DNA of 64,000 nucleotides, from positions 133,541-197,540 of the forward strand of contig JAQWFB010000001.1 in assembly GCA_028704635.1 (NCBI GenBank), written 5' to 3'. The stretch comes from Candidatus Shapirobacteria bacterium. GTDB taxonomy: Bacteria > Patescibacteriota > Microgenomatia > UBA12405. Positions 28,075-40,764 of this stretch are shown in pieces. Positions within the stretch are counted from its first letter, which is position 1. The number at the start of each line of letters is the position of its first letter. Under the pieces are notes generated by a model. The model saw only the letters and a list, made by a program, of their open reading frames with translations. It did no database searches and was not told the DNA's origin. Made by a program: the position numbers and the translations under genes.

Positions 28075-28592
28075 TTATGTCGTCACCTCAACTTTTCGAT
28101 GATGCTAAAAAATTTTTGTCTCAACATCAACAAAATTTGTTGAGTGATGTTGAAATCGTTCTCCAAAGAATTGATTCTGTTAACAATATCCACGATTATT
28201 CTTTTTTTGTTGCTCCAATTTCCAAAGCCTACGAAGGATTTTTGAAAGATTTTTTCCTTAAAATAGGCATAATTTCTGAAAACGACTATGAAAGTGATCG
28301 TTTCAGAGTCGGTAAGACTTTAAATCCCTCCCTTCGCTATAAAAGATTTTCCGTTTTTCAAAAACTGGCTGATATTCACAACGATGGAGAGGAATTGGCT
28401 GAAAATCTTTGGACTGCTTGGAAATTTGGTCGAAATGAAATTTTTCATTATTTTCCAAATACCTCCCAAGATTTAACCTTAAGTCAAGCCCAAGAAAGAA
28501 TCGCCCTATTATTAAAAACGATTATTAGTGCAGGGGAATTTTTAGTCAAAAACAAAGAAATTATTCGCCAATCTCAATCAACTTATTATTAA
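28071..28592 (+). CDS. Hypothetical protein (173 aa).
   Basis: Translationally coupled to the upstream membrane protein. Confidence 0.45.
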   Translation: MIMSSPQLFDDAKKFLSQHQQNLLSDVEIVLQRIDSVNNIHDYSFFVAPISKAYEGFLKDFFLKIGIISENDYESDRFRVGKTLNPSLRYKRFSVFQKLADIHNDGEELAENLWTAWKFGRNEIFHYFPNTSQDLTLSQAQERIALLLKTIISAGEFLVKNKEIIRQSQSTYY

Positions 28593-29388
28593 AGTCAAAA
28601 AAACTTTTATCATTCTTCCAAAAATTTAAAGGCACTGGTATTTTTCCACACCCCATCGGGGCATCAATCACATAAGTTGGATAGGCCAACCCAGAAATTC
28701 TTTTTCTAAGTTCTGTCATAATTTCTTTTTCTTTTTCGAAAGGCACTACAAATTTTTCCGCTCCAATCACTGGATCACATCGGTAAATATAGTAAGGCCT
28801 CACCCCTAATTCCAATAATTTTTCAAATAATTTTTCCAATTCCTCCACTGAATCATTGATTCCTTTTAAAAAGACTGACTGTGAATACAAAATTACCCCC
28901 GCTCTTCTAAATCTTTTTAAAACTTCAACACTCTCATCACTAATCTCTTGCGCTAAATTACAATGAATCGATAAATAAATATTTTTCTTACAATCATTTA
29001 AAAAATCAAAAATATCATTACTTATTTTTTCCGGCGCTGTTATCGGCATTCGAGTGTGAATTCTAATAACCTTTATATTTTCTAGTCTTTCCATTTTTTT
29101 TAATAAAAAAATTAATTCCTTCGGTGACATTAGTGGATCTCCGCCAGAAATTACTACTTCTCTAATTTCCTTATTTTCTCCTAAAAAAATCAAAATATCT
29201 TTCAATTCCTTTTTATTCAATTGCCATTTTTTTTTCAAAAAAGTTTTCCTTTTTCTAGTGCAAAATTCACAGTAAATAGGACAAATATTGTTTAGTTCTA
29301 CCAAAACTCTTTTGGGGTATTTATAAATCAAACCTTTAATTTTAGCAAATTGTTCTTCCATTAATGGATCATTTAAAAAGTTTGTCAT
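28561..29388 (-). CDS. Radical SAM protein, KamA family-like (lysine 2,3-aminomutase / EpmB-like).
   Basis: CPIYCEFC (Cx3Cx2C), SGGDPL, HTR motif. KamA-like layout. Confidence 0.6.
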   Translation of the reverse strand: MTNFLNDPLMEEQFAKIKGLIYKYPKRVLVELNNICPIYCEFCTRKRKTFLKKKWQLNKKELKDILIFLGENKEIREVVISGGDPLMSPKELIFLLKKMERLENIKVIRIHTRMPITAPEKISNDIFDFLNDCKKNIYLSIHCNLAQEISDESVEVLKRFRRAGVILYSQSVFLKGINDSVEELEKLFEKLLELGVRPYYIYRCDPVIGAEKFVVPFEKEKEIMTELRKRISGLAYPTYVIDAPMGCGKIPVPLNFWKNDKSFFDFNNKLIEIGE

Positions 29389-29423
29389 AGAATTTTTTCT
29401 TTTAATCTGTTATTTTAATACAT

Positions 29424-29615
29424 ATGACAAAAATTAATCTCGACCAAAACAAATGCATTGGTTGTAATACCTGTGTTCTAATGGATCCAGAAACTTTTGA
29501 AATGGATACCACTATCTACAAGGCCAAAGTTAAAAAACAACCAGAAGTAATCACTGATATTATCAAATCCGCCGTTGAGGCTTGTCCTGTCGGTGCCATT
29601 ACTATTGAACAATAA
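29424..29615 (+). CDS. 4Fe-4S ferredoxin (63 aa).
   Basis: CIGCNTCV ... ACPVGAI cluster-binding motifs. Confidence 0.7.
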   Translation: MTKINLDQNKCIGCNTCVLMDPETFEMDTTIYKAKVKKQPEVITDIIKSAVEACPVGAITIEQ

Positions 29616-29634
29616 TTAATAATTAAAAATTAAT

Positions 29635-30699
29635 ATGATCAAAACTAAAAAAACAATTAAAAAAAATAGTTCTCCAAAAACTATAAAAGAATTAAATAAA
29701 ATTTACATAAAAGTCCCTCTAGTCGGGGTTATTCTTTTCTTACTACTATTAGTTGCTGCTTCTTTCGCTGCTGGTTTCTCTTTAGTCAAAATTAAAAGTG
29801 GTGATAGCTCAACAACATCTACTGATACCAAATTAACCTCTGATAATATCTTTGACGCCGACGACACAGAAAAACCAGAATTAGATTTTTATGTTATGAG
29901 TTTCTGTCCATACGGTAATCAAATGGAAACTACTCTTCGCCCTGTCTTTGATCTTCTTGGCGACAAAGTTACCATTAAACCTCGTTATATTTTTGAAAAA
30001 ATTGAGGGAGACTTAGCCACCTACTGTAAAAACAGCAGTCCAGACGCAACCAACTGTGCTACTTATGTTAAAAACAGTAACGGTCAACTTAAAGATGTTA
30101 CTGATTGCAAAGACCAAATAGCCGCCATGGTTAAAAAATGTAACAATGAGAGTCAATATTTAAAAATCGGTAACAATTTGTATACCTCTCTTCACGGACG
30201 AATCGAAGCCAATCAAGACGTTCGAGAACTTTGTGCCTACAACGTAGCTGACAATAAAAAACTTTGGTGGGATTTCGTCAAAAACGTCAACGATAACTGC
30301 ACTGTCCAAAACGCTGACACTTGCTGGGAAGAACAAGCCACCAAAGCTGGTCTTGACACCAATAAAATCACTGAGTGTTTTAACAAAGACGCAGCTACTT
30401 TAATTGAAGCAGAAATTGCTGATACTACCAAAAATAAAATTTCTGGATCTCCAACTTTAATGATCGGAAGCAAAAATTTTCCACCTGAAATTAGTAAAAC
30501 TTCCACCGATCAAAACATTAAAATTGGAAAAGAAGTCTTTACTTTGGCCAGTGCTCGCACCTCAAACGTAATTAAAACCGCTCTTTGTACTGGTTTTAAG
30601 AATCAACCGAAAGAGTGTAATACTAAAATAGAAGAAGCAGTTGCTGCCACTAATGGCCAACCTGCTGCTGCAGTCGCTGCTGGTGGTGGTTGTCAATAA
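29635..30699 (+). CDS. Membrane-anchored / secreted hypothetical protein with 10 Cys.
   Basis: N-terminal TM, Cys pairs, C-terminal AAAVAAGGGCQ. Followed by a strong terminator. Confidence 0.5.
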   Translation: MIKTKKTIKKNSSPKTIKELNKIYIKVPLVGVILFLLLLVAASFAAGFSLVKIKSGDSSTTSTDTKLTSDNIFDADDTEKPELDFYVMSFCPYGNQMETTLRPVFDLLGDKVTIKPRYIFEKIEGDLATYCKNSSPDATNCATYVKNSNGQLKDVTDCKDQIAAMVKKCNNESQYLKIGNNLYTSLHGRIEANQDVRELCAYNVADNKKLWWDFVKNVNDNCTVQNADTCWEEQATKAGLDTNKITECFNKDAATLIEAEIADTTKNKISGSPTLMIGSKNFPPEISKTSTDQNIKIGKEVFTLASARTSNVIKTALCTGFKNQPKECNTKIEEAVAATNGQPAAAVAAGGGCQ

Positions 30700-30717
30700 T
30701 TTGTTAAAAATTAAAAA

Positions 30718-30739
30718 CCCCGCACCTGCGGGGTTTTTT
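30718..30739 (+). terminator. Rho-independent terminator.
   Basis: CCCCGC-acct-GCGGGG followed by TTTTTT. Confidence 0.75.
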
Positions 30740-30753
30740 GTTATAATTTATTT

Positions 30754-31296
30754 ATGAAACTTAACTCGCATCAAATTAGAAAATCCAAAATAGAGGAGTC
30801 AGAAAAACTTCAAAAACAAATCAAAAGAAACCCTATTGTTTTAGTTTTAGACAATGTCCTCGACACTTATAACATCGGTTCTTTTTTTCGCTTGGCTGAT
30901 GCCTTAGCAGTTGAAAAAATCTGTCTTTGTGGCCCTGTTGTTACTCCCCCAAATATAAAAATTCACCGCGCCTCGATTGGTACTTGGAAATGGGTTCCTT
31001 GGGAGCAATATCAAAACACCAAAGAATGTATTGAACAACTCAAAAAATATGGTTATCAAATAATTGCTTGTGAACAAACCAAAGATAGTGTTAATTATTT
31101 AGATGCCAAATATAAATTTCCAGTCGCCATAATCGCTGGCAGTGAATCTTTTGGAATTTCTAAAGATGTTTTAAAATTAGTTGATAAAGTAGTAGAAATA
31201 CCTATGTTTGGGATAAATATCTCTCTAAATGTTTTAGTTGCCACCTCGGTCATTAGTTTTAATGTTGTATCTAAACTTACACATAAAAAAGCCTAA
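30754..31296 (+). CDS. SpoU/TrmH-family RNA 2'-O-methyltransferase.
   Basis: VLVLDNVLDTYNIGSFFRLADA, IAGSESFGIS, NISLNVLVATSVI: the SPOUT motifs. Confidence 0.65.
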   Translation: MKLNSHQIRKSKIEESEKLQKQIKRNPIVLVLDNVLDTYNIGSFFRLADALAVEKICLCGPVVTPPNIKIHRASIGTWKWVPWEQYQNTKECIEQLKKYGYQIIACEQTKDSVNYLDAKYKFPVAIIAGSESFGISKDVLKLVDKVVEIPMFGINISLNVLVATSVISFNVVSKLTHKKA

Positions 31297-31399
31297 GGTT
31301 AGGCATTTTTTTAAAATCTTTTTTAGATAATTTTTAATAAAAATTTATCCTAAAGATAGGAATATTTTGCTTATTGTAAAGCTAATTTTGCCCTGTTAA

Positions 31400-33352
<1,953 letters not shown>

Positions 33353-33363
33353 AAAACAAAAAT

Positions 33364-36003
33364 ATGGCCGCAACAATCCAAGATCCAAACAGAACCAACC
33401 CTATTGGCAAAATTCTCGAAGTTGATATCGTTCCAGAAATGGAAACCTCTTATCTTGACTATGCCATGTCAGTTATCGTTTCACGAGCCTTACCTGATGT
33501 CAGAGATGGTCTTAAACCAGTTCATCGTCGCATAATTTACGACATGGATAAAATGGGTCTCGGCAGTGGCGGAAAAACTTGTAAATCTGCTAAAGTTGTC
33601 GGTGATGTTTTAGGTAAATACCATCCACATGGTGATATGTCTGTCTATGGTGCTCTTGTCCGTTTAGCTCAAGATTTCTCCATGCGCTACACTCTCGTCA
33701 AAGGTCAAGGAAACTTCGGTTCAATCGATGGTGATCCTCCAGCCGCTATGCGTTATACCGAAGTTAAAATGGATAAAATCAGCACTGAAATAGTGGCTGA
33801 TATGAATAAAGAAACCGTTGATATGGTCGACAATTTCGATGCCACTGAAAAAGAGCCGTCTGTCCTTCCTACTAAAATTCCAACTTTGCTTTTAAATGGT
33901 GCCGATGGTATCGCTGTTGGTATGGCTACCCGTATTCCTCCTCATAATTTAAAAGAATTATGTCAAGCTATCGATTTTGTTTTAGATCATAGTCGATTAG
34001 AAAAAATTGAAGCCAAAGAAGAATTAAATAATCTTCTAGCCCCACCTAAAAATACCCAAGAAATGGTTTTGAGACCAGCTTTTGAGTTAGCTAAAGAACA
34101 TTTTAATTTTGAAACCAATGCCAATGTCGAAGATTTAGTCAAGTTTGTCCAAGGACCAGATTTTCCCACTGCTGGAGAAATTTATGGAAAAACTGGCATT
34201 ATTGAAATGTATAATACTGGTCGAGGTAAATTTATAGTTCGCGGAAAAACCAATATTGAAGAAACAAAATCTGGAAAAGTCAGAATTGTTATCACCGAAT
34301 TACCTTACCAAGTTAACAAGGCTGAATTAGTCAAAAAAATTGCTGATTTAGTCCGTGATAAAAAAATCATTGGTATCTCTGATCTTCGTGACGAATCTGA
34401 TCGTCATGGTATTCGTGTTGTTATTGAAATCAAAAAAATTGGCAGACCAAAATCTGTTTTAAACAAACTCTTCAAATATACCGCTCTTCAATCATCATAT
34501 TCTGCCAATATGTTGGCATTAGTTGATAATGTTCCTCAAACCTTAAATTTACGCCAAATGCTACTTCTTTTCCTTCGTCATCGAGAAAACGTCGTTCGTC
34601 GTCGCACTATTTTTGACCTTAAAGGTGATTTAATGCGTGCCCATATTTTGGAAGGTCTCAAAAAAGCTCTCGATGTTATTGATGAAGTCATTAAGACTAT
34701 TCGTGGCACCAAACCAGATGAAGATCCAAAAGCTAAATTAATGGAAAAATTCGGATTTACCGATCTTCAGGCCCAAGCCATTCTTGAAATGCAGCTTAAA
34801 AAACTCTCTGGACTTGAAAGGCAAAAGCTTGACGATGAATATAATGAAATTGAAAAAACCATTGCTTATTTAACCTCCATCATTACCAAACCAGAAGTTA
34901 TGGTCGGTGTTCTTAAGCAAGAAAATAATGAAATCATGGAGAAATATGGTGATGTCAGAAGAACTAAAATTTATGCCCGTGGTTTGGAAGAATTTAGTGA
35001 AGAAGATTTAATTCCTAACGAAGCCGTTCTTGTCGCCCTCACCAAAACTGGCTACATTAAACGAGTCACCAAAGAAACTTACCATACTCAAAAACGCGGC
35101 GGTGTCGGTGTTGTCGGTATGACCACTAAAAACGAAGACGAAATTGAATGCATGCTTTCCGTTGATACTCATGATGATCTTTTATTTTTCACCAATCGTG
35201 GTCGAGTTTTCAAAACCAAGGTCTGGGATGTCCAAGAAGGAACTAGACAAGCCAAAGGTCAAGCTGTTGTTAATTTAATTAACACCATCCAAGGTGAAAC
35301 TGTTCAAACAATTCTTCCTATAGGCAAAAACACCAAAGCCAAATTCATTTTACTTGCCACTAAAAATGGTGTTGTCAAAAAGACTTCTATTGATAAATTT
35401 AAGAATATTCGTCAAACCGGTTTAGCCGCTATCAAACTAGATACTAATGATCAACTTATTTGGGCCAAACTAACTGAAGGTGACAATCAAATCTTCTTAG
35501 TTACTAAAAATGGTAAATGTATCCGTTTCGATGAAAAAGATTGTCGACCAATGGGCCGTCAAACTCGTGGTGTCCGAGGTATTCTTCTTAAAGAAGGTGA
35601 TACTCTAGTTGGTATGGATGTAGTTCCAAGTGGTCTTGATAAAAAAGATAAAAGTACTTTTAGGCATCTTCTAGTCGTCACTGAAAATGGCGTCGGTAAA
35701 AGAACTGATGTTTATCTTTACCCCTCCCAAAAACGAGGTGGTATTGGTATTAAAGTAGCCAATCTTAGTGTTAAATCTGGTAAAATCGCTGCTGCCCAAG
35801 TCGTTTCTGAAATTGATGAATTAGTAGTCTTGGTTTCTAAAAAAGCCATCACTATTAAACTTCCTTTAAAAAATATTCCGACACTAAGCCGTAATACCAA
35901 AGGCGTAATCCTTATGCGTTTCAAATCAACTGATGATAAATTAAGTGCTATGACCATCATCGATAAAAACGATTCCGCTGTGGAAGATGAAAAAATAAAA
36001 TAA
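33364..36003 (+). CDS. gyrA: DNA gyrase subunit A.
   Basis: Active-site region [10 protein letters not shown] (catalytic Tyr), GyrA box-containing C-terminal beta-pinwheel, 879 aa. Confidence 0.95.
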   Translation: MAATIQDPNRTNPIGKILEVDIVPEMETSYLDYAMSVIVSRALPDVRDGLKPVHRRIIYDMDKMGLGSGGKTCKSAKVVGDVLGKYHPHGDMSVYGALVRLAQDFSMRYTLVKGQGNFGSIDGDPPAAMRYTEVKMDKISTEIVADMNKETVDMVDNFDATEKEPSVLPTKIPTLLLNGADGIAVGMATRIPPHNLKELCQAIDFVLDHSRLEKIEAKEELNNLLAPPKNTQEMVLRPAFELAKEHFNFETNANVEDLVKFVQGPDFPTAGEIYGKTGIIEMYNTGRGKFIVRGKTNIEETKSGKVRIVITELPYQVNKAELVKKIADLVRDKKIIGISDLRDESDRHGIRVVIEIKKIGRPKSVLNKLFKYTALQSSYSANMLALVDNVPQTLNLRQMLLLFLRHRENVVRRRTIFDLKGDLMRAHILEGLKKALDVIDEVIKTIRGTKPDEDPKAKLMEKFGFTDLQAQAILEMQLKKLSGLERQKLDDEYNEIEKTIAYLTSIITKPEVMVGVLKQENNEIMEKYGDVRRTKIYARGLEEFSEEDLIPNEAVLVALTKTGYIKRVTKETYHTQKRGGVGVVGMTTKNEDEIECMLSVDTHDDLLFFTNRGRVFKTKVWDVQEGTRQAKGQAVVNLINTIQGETVQTILPIGKNTKAKFILLATKNGVVKKTSIDKFKNIRQTGLAAIKLDTNDQLIWAKLTEGDNQIFLVTKNGKCIRFDEKDCRPMGRQTRGVRGILLKEGDTLVGMDVVPSGLDKKDKSTFRHLLVVTENGVGKRTDVYLYPSQKRGGIGIKVANLSVKSGKIAAAQVVSEIDELVVLVSKKAITIKLPLKNIPTLSRNTKGVILMRFKSTDDKLSAMTIIDKNDSAVEDEKIK

Positions 36004-36015
36004 ATTTGTTTTATT

Positions 36016-36043
36016 GTATCGGTCAGGTATGCCTGCCCGATAC
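36016..36043 (+). terminator. Nested GC-rich hairpin immediately after the gyrA stop (terminator-like; the T-run is weak).
   Basis: GTATCGG-t-CAGG-tatg-CCTG-c-CCGATAC. Confidence 0.4.
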
Positions 36044-36243
36044 ATATTTTCTGATACTATAAGACATACACATTTAATAAGTACATATTAGCAATCAATT
36101 GTATTGATTGCTAATATACCCCATATTTTTACTTTTACCCTAATTTAGGGATAAATTTGCCATTGATTAAATCAAAAAATATCAAAACGGTGCAGGGGAG
36201 TCAAATTCCGAAATTTTGCCCTACTATAGGGTAGAGGATAATT

Positions 36244-37188
36244 CTATTTTTCCGCCCGATTACCACTATGAAATTTTTCATGAACTTCTCGTAATCTAGC
36301 GTCTGTCACATGGGTGTAAATTTGAGTCGTAGCAATATTTTTATGACCCAAAAGTTCTTGGACCGATCTCAAGTCCGCCCCAGATCGAAGCAAATCAGTT
36401 GCCATTGAATGTCTTAACGTATGAGGGGTAGCATCTACTGGCAAATTTGCTGCTTTGACATAATGTTTCACTAATCTTTGCACCGACCTAGCTGTTAATC
36501 TAACTTTTTCCTCACTCGCCGGAATTTCATTTGGCCTCAAGACTCTACTAAACAGGGGTTTATATTTATCTTCTCGACTCATTAAATATTTTGCGACATA
36601 GTCGGCGGCTTGTTTAGAAATAAAAACCACTCTCGCTCTTCCACCTTTTCCAATCACTCCAAATTCTCTAGTTTTTAAATTAATTTGATCACGATTTAAA
36701 TGAACCAATTCAGAAACCCGCAATCCCGTTGAAAATAAAAGTTCCAAAATAGCTCTGTCTCTAAAACCATTTTTACTAGAGGGGAGTGGTTGGACTAAAA
36801 GTCTCCCCATTTGTTGGGCATCTAAAAACTTTAATGAATGATCCTTGACTTTAGGTACATCTAATTTTTCCGGCTGTAAAACTTTATAATCATTTTTAAT
36901 CAGCCATTTTAAAAACGATCGCAGTGCAATCACATAATACCCTTGGGTTACCAATTTCATTTCACCAGCAGTTCCTTTCTGTCGAGCTAAAAACAATCTA
37001 AATCTTCTTACCACATCACTAGTTATATTATTAGTTGTTATCTTTTTATCTTTATTCTCTTCAGATAAAAATTTCACTAAAACTTCTAAATAATGTTGAT
37101 AATTTCTAATCGTCAATCTCGAACAATTTTTTTCAATTTCCAAGTGCTCCAAAAACCGCCTTATCAAAATATTCAAATCATTTTCCAT
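36244..37188 (-). CDS. Tyrosine site-specific recombinase (XerC/XerD/integrase family).
   Basis: C-terminal catalytic region [39 protein letters not shown] (R..HxxR..Y). N-terminal SAM-like domain. Confidence 0.85.
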   Translation of the reverse strand: MENDLNILIRRFLEHLEIEKNCSRLTIRNYQHYLEVLVKFLSEENKDKKITTNNITSDVVRRFRLFLARQKGTAGEMKLVTQGYYVIALRSFLKWLIKNDYKVLQPEKLDVPKVKDHSLKFLDAQQMGRLLVQPLPSSKNGFRDRAILELLFSTGLRVSELVHLNRDQINLKTREFGVIGKGGRARVVFISKQAADYVAKYLMSREDKYKPLFSRVLRPNEIPASEEKVRLTARSVQRLVKHYVKAANLPVDATPHTLRHSMATDLLRSGADLRSVQELLGHKNIATTQIYTHVTDARLREVHEKFHSGNRAEK

Positions 37189-37206
37189 ATAACCTATCTT
37201 AACACT

Positions 37207-38082
37207 TTATTTAGAAAAACTTACTGCCACTGCCGTTAAATCATCGTGTGGCTTAAATCTGGGATATTTAACAAAATCCAAATCAGCATTTTCTGTTTCT
37301 CTTACATATTTTTTCACCGCTTCCAAACCTCCTTGTAAAAATAATTCTGTCCATTTTTCAAAATCATCATCTTTTTCTGGAGCAGGGTTGGGGATTAGTA
37401 TTCCATCAGTTAGACAAATAATGTGTTTAATTCCATTCAAACTCTCTCTCCCCGACTTTAAAAAATTAATCATTCCCTCATCACCATCAATTTTTCCGTA
37501 AAAACCGGGTTTATTCATATATCTTCTTACTCTTATTTTATCTGCCTCAAATAATTCATTTTTTTGAGGATTATCTTCTTCATTAAGTTTTTTCCATAAA
37601 ACTAAGGACTCTTTATCATGATCATAATCATTTACTAAAAGTTTATGTTTACCATCCTCATAAATTACCAAAATAAGACTGTCATCAACTTGAACCCAAT
37701 CAAAGTTATTTTCTTCTAAATTCAATTTAATTACTGCTGCTGTAGTACAAAATACATTTAATTTATCAGACATATCAATATTCAATTCTTCCATTTTAGC
37801 TTTTACCGCTTCATTAGCTTTTTTAGCCAATTTAATTAAATTTACATCATCTTCCAAAAATATTTTTTTACTTATTTGAGCTGCTATCGCTCCACCAGAA
37901 TTTCCATTTTCATCAAAGTATTTCACTAAACCAGTTGCTCCATCAAAAACACCAAAAATATTATCTCCTATTAAAAAATCATCTTCATTAATAGAACCAC
38001 TTCCTTTGTCATTTATATACTCTACAATAATTTCCCTCTCATTTAATTTTTCATCAAAATAATTCTCCGTCTCTTTTTTCAT
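37207..38082 (-). CDS. PP2C/SpoIIE-like serine/threonine phosphatase domain protein (tentative).
   Basis: FGVFDGATGLVKY, IICLTDGILIPN, Asp-rich motifs resembling PPM metal ligands. Low similarity. Confidence 0.35.
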   Translation of the reverse strand: MKKETENYFDEKLNEREIIVEYINDKGSGSINEDDFLIGDNIFGVFDGATGLVKYFDENGNSGGAIAAQISKKIFLEDDVNLIKLAKKANEAVKAKMEELNIDMSDKLNVFCTTAAVIKLNLEENNFDWVQVDDSLILVIYEDGKHKLLVNDYDHDKESLVLWKKLNEEDNPQKNELFEADKIRVRRYMNKPGFYGKIDGDEGMINFLKSGRESLNGIKHIICLTDGILIPNPAPEKDDDFEKWTELFLQGGLEAVKKYVRETENADLDFVKYPRFKPHDDLTAVAVSFSK

Positions 38083-38946
38083 TCAATATAAATTATAACA
38101 AACATTTAACAGTTTCTGTCGACAGATCCATTTAATTTATTAAATAAGACGTAAAAGTAATCGGATATTTTTTAATCTTCATTTCTAGGGGCTCTAATGA
38201 CGTCTTAGGTTCATTTTGCCTAATTTTAGGCATAATCATTAAAATTCCCTCTCCAAAACCGCACAGGGGAGTCAAGTATTAAATTTTAAACCAAGAAGCC
38301 ATTTATAAGGCAGGCCAGCCAAACAGGGAATTTATTTATTAATTAATTATTAAAAATAAATAAATAAAGATCTGGCCAAATTAAAAGAAAAAATAAAATT
38401 TTAAAAAAGACAAAAACAGTACTCCCCCTACCTAACTCTTTAGTTAGTGTCGCAAAAGATACATTGTGCGACATAGCAAATTTAACCACCTTCTGCTAGG
38501 AGATAGGTATTAAAACTCTTCTCTCTCCCTCAGCATTTTTCGGTTAATTAATTAATTGCCATTAATTATATTTCCATTAATTAACTCTTACTCCTCCCTC
38601 TTGGGCAGTCCTCTTTGATACATTCGGTAAAAAATAGGTTTTCCACATAGACTATATCACACTATATCACCTGCTCCGTGAAAACTATAGGATATTTCGT
38701 GAAAATATTATAGGATGTTGTATATTATAGGACTCCCCTCCACCCTACCTATTTGGCCTTAAAAAAAATTAAAAAATCATTAACTTTAAATTAAAATACC
38801 CGCTTTTGAACCTAAATCCGTTTTTTTATATATAAAAAATAATCCACGATCTATCATCTACGACCTAAATCCTAATCAATCCCCAATTCCCCTATTTTAA
38901 GAACAAAAATCATCAAATTTAGCCTATTTTTCCAGTAAATTTATAT

Positions 38947-40707
38947 TTACTTAATAAATCCGCCAACCTGTATCTCCCAAAGTTTTCTATAAACACCATT
39001 CTCCTTCCTAATCAATTTTTCATGAGTTCCATCTTCAACAATTTTCTTATTTTTTATCACCACAATTCTATCAACCTTTTTAATCGTCGATAGTCTATGA
39101 GCAATCACAATCACTGTTTTATTTTTCATTAACTCATTTAATGAATCCTGGATAAATTTCTCTGATTCAGAATCTAAACTAGAAGTTGCCTCATCCATTA
39201 CCAAAATCGGCGCATTCCTTAAAATTGCCCTAGCAATCGCCACTCTTTGACGTTCCCCACCAGAAAGCTTTATTCCCCTTTCTCCTACAAAAGTTTCATA
39301 ACCTTTTTCCAATTTTGAAATAAATTCATCACAATGGGCCAGCTTTGCCGCTCTAAAAACCTCTTCATTAGTTGCGTCGAATTTACCATATCTTATATTT
39401 TCCATTAAACTTCTATGAAATAAAATCGGATCTTGTGGTACTAAACTTACTTTATCTCTAAGACTCTCTTGAGTAACTTTAGAAATATCTTGTCCATCAA
39501 TCAATATTTTGCCTTCTTGAACATCAAACATTCTCAATAATAATTTAGTCAAAGTAGTTTTGCCGGCTCCTGAAATTCCCACCAAAGCCACGGTCTCTTT
39601 CGGCTGTATTTCTAAATTAAAATTATCAATCACCTTAATTTCATTTTCATAACCAAATCCAACTTCCTCAAATTTTACTCCTCCACTGCTTACCACCAAA
39701 TCGGCCGCATTTTTAACATCAGTAATTTCATAAGGTGTATCTAAAATAATTATCATTTCTTCTGCTTCCGCCAATCGTTCATATATTCTACTAATCACCT
39801 TTCCAAAATTCCAAACCATTCCCATCACTAAAATAATATACGACTGAATTAAAACAAAATCACCCACAGTTAAAATATTTTTATTCCACAATTTAATTGC
39901 AAAATAAAAAATTCCCACTTCTAAAAATACAGACAAAAGCGACTGTAATCCATAAAACTTAGCACTTAAATTCCAACAAAATTTTCTTATTTTATGTAAT
40001 TTTTCTGCTAAGTCAGAAAAACCTTTATTTTCTTTTTTATGTCCATTAAATAATTTAATATTTATATTATTAGTCACCGTATCCGCTAAAAAACTACTTG
40101 TCGCCGTCTCCGTCTCACTTCTTTCAATATCATACTTCAATTTAATCTTAATAAAAATCCAATTAATAACTAAAAACAAAATTATCCAAGCCAACATGCC
40201 TAATCCTAAAAAGATATTTATTTTTGTTAAAATCACAGTAATTAGTAATATTTTCGTAAAAGAAGGCAGTAATTCATAAAAAAATTGATCTGCCAAGACT
40301 TCAAAAGCAGCCACAAACCCTTTAGTTTTTTTAACCACCGAACCAGTAAAAGTATTGGAAAAATACGCAAAAGAATGTTTATGTAAATAATTAAAACATT
40401 TTTTACTCAAATCAGTCATCACTCTCGATTCCAAAAAATTCAAAGTGAAAAAAGCCACCCTCCAAAACAACCATTCCATCAATTTTAATAATCCCATCAT
40501 CATTAAAACCGACAACAACATTTTAGCCACCAAAGTCTTATCTTCACCACTAGTTAAAACATTAAAAAAATTCTTGTAATACAAAGGAATAATTGAATTC
40601 AAAACAGAGCCAATAATTATCGATCCCATCAACAAAAACATCCACCATTTATAATTACTCATGGTTTCCAAATAATATTTCAATATTTTTTTAGTGTTTT
40701 CTTTCAT
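38947..40707 (-). CDS. ABC exporter, fused permease-ATPase (MsbA-like).
   Basis: Six N-terminal TMs, Walker A GISGAGKTT, signature LSGGERQRVAIARAI, Walker B LVMDEATSSLD. Confidence 0.85.
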   Translation of the reverse strand: MKENTKKILKYYLETMSNYKWWMFLLMGSIIIGSVLNSIIPLYYKNFFNVLTSGEDKTLVAKMLLSVLMMMGLLKLMEWLFWRVAFFTLNFLESRVMTDLSKKCFNYLHKHSFAYFSNTFTGSVVKKTKGFVAAFEVLADQFFYELLPSFTKILLITVILTKINIFLGLGMLAWIILFLVINWIFIKIKLKYDIERSETETATSSFLADTVTNNINIKLFNGHKKENKGFSDLAEKLHKIRKFCWNLSAKFYGLQSLLSVFLEVGIFYFAIKLWNKNILTVGDFVLIQSYIILVMGMVWNFGKVISRIYERLAEAEEMIIILDTPYEITDVKNAADLVVSSGGVKFEEVGFGYENEIKVIDNFNLEIQPKETVALVGISGAGKTTLTKLLLRMFDVQEGKILIDGQDISKVTQESLRDKVSLVPQDPILFHRSLMENIRYGKFDATNEEVFRAAKLAHCDEFISKLEKGYETFVGERGIKLSGGERQRVAIARAILRNAPILVMDEATSSLDSESEKFIQDSLNELMKNKTVIVIAHRLSTIKKVDRIVVIKNKKIVEDGTHEKLIRKENGVYRKLWEIQVGGFIK

Positions 40708-40764
40708 TTTTGTGGAACCTTATTATATCCTATTCCATACTTATTTTTAATATATAATACTCGA

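Noticed and set aside
38083-38946. Looked for tmRNA, RNase P RNA or SRP RNA hallmarks (GGTTCGA...CCACCA, GGAAAGTCCGG, etc.) in the long non-coding region.
   Set aside because: No diagnostic conserved blocks were found by eye, so a covariance-model scan is needed. It is kept as an unexplained non-coding region rather than called as an ncRNA.
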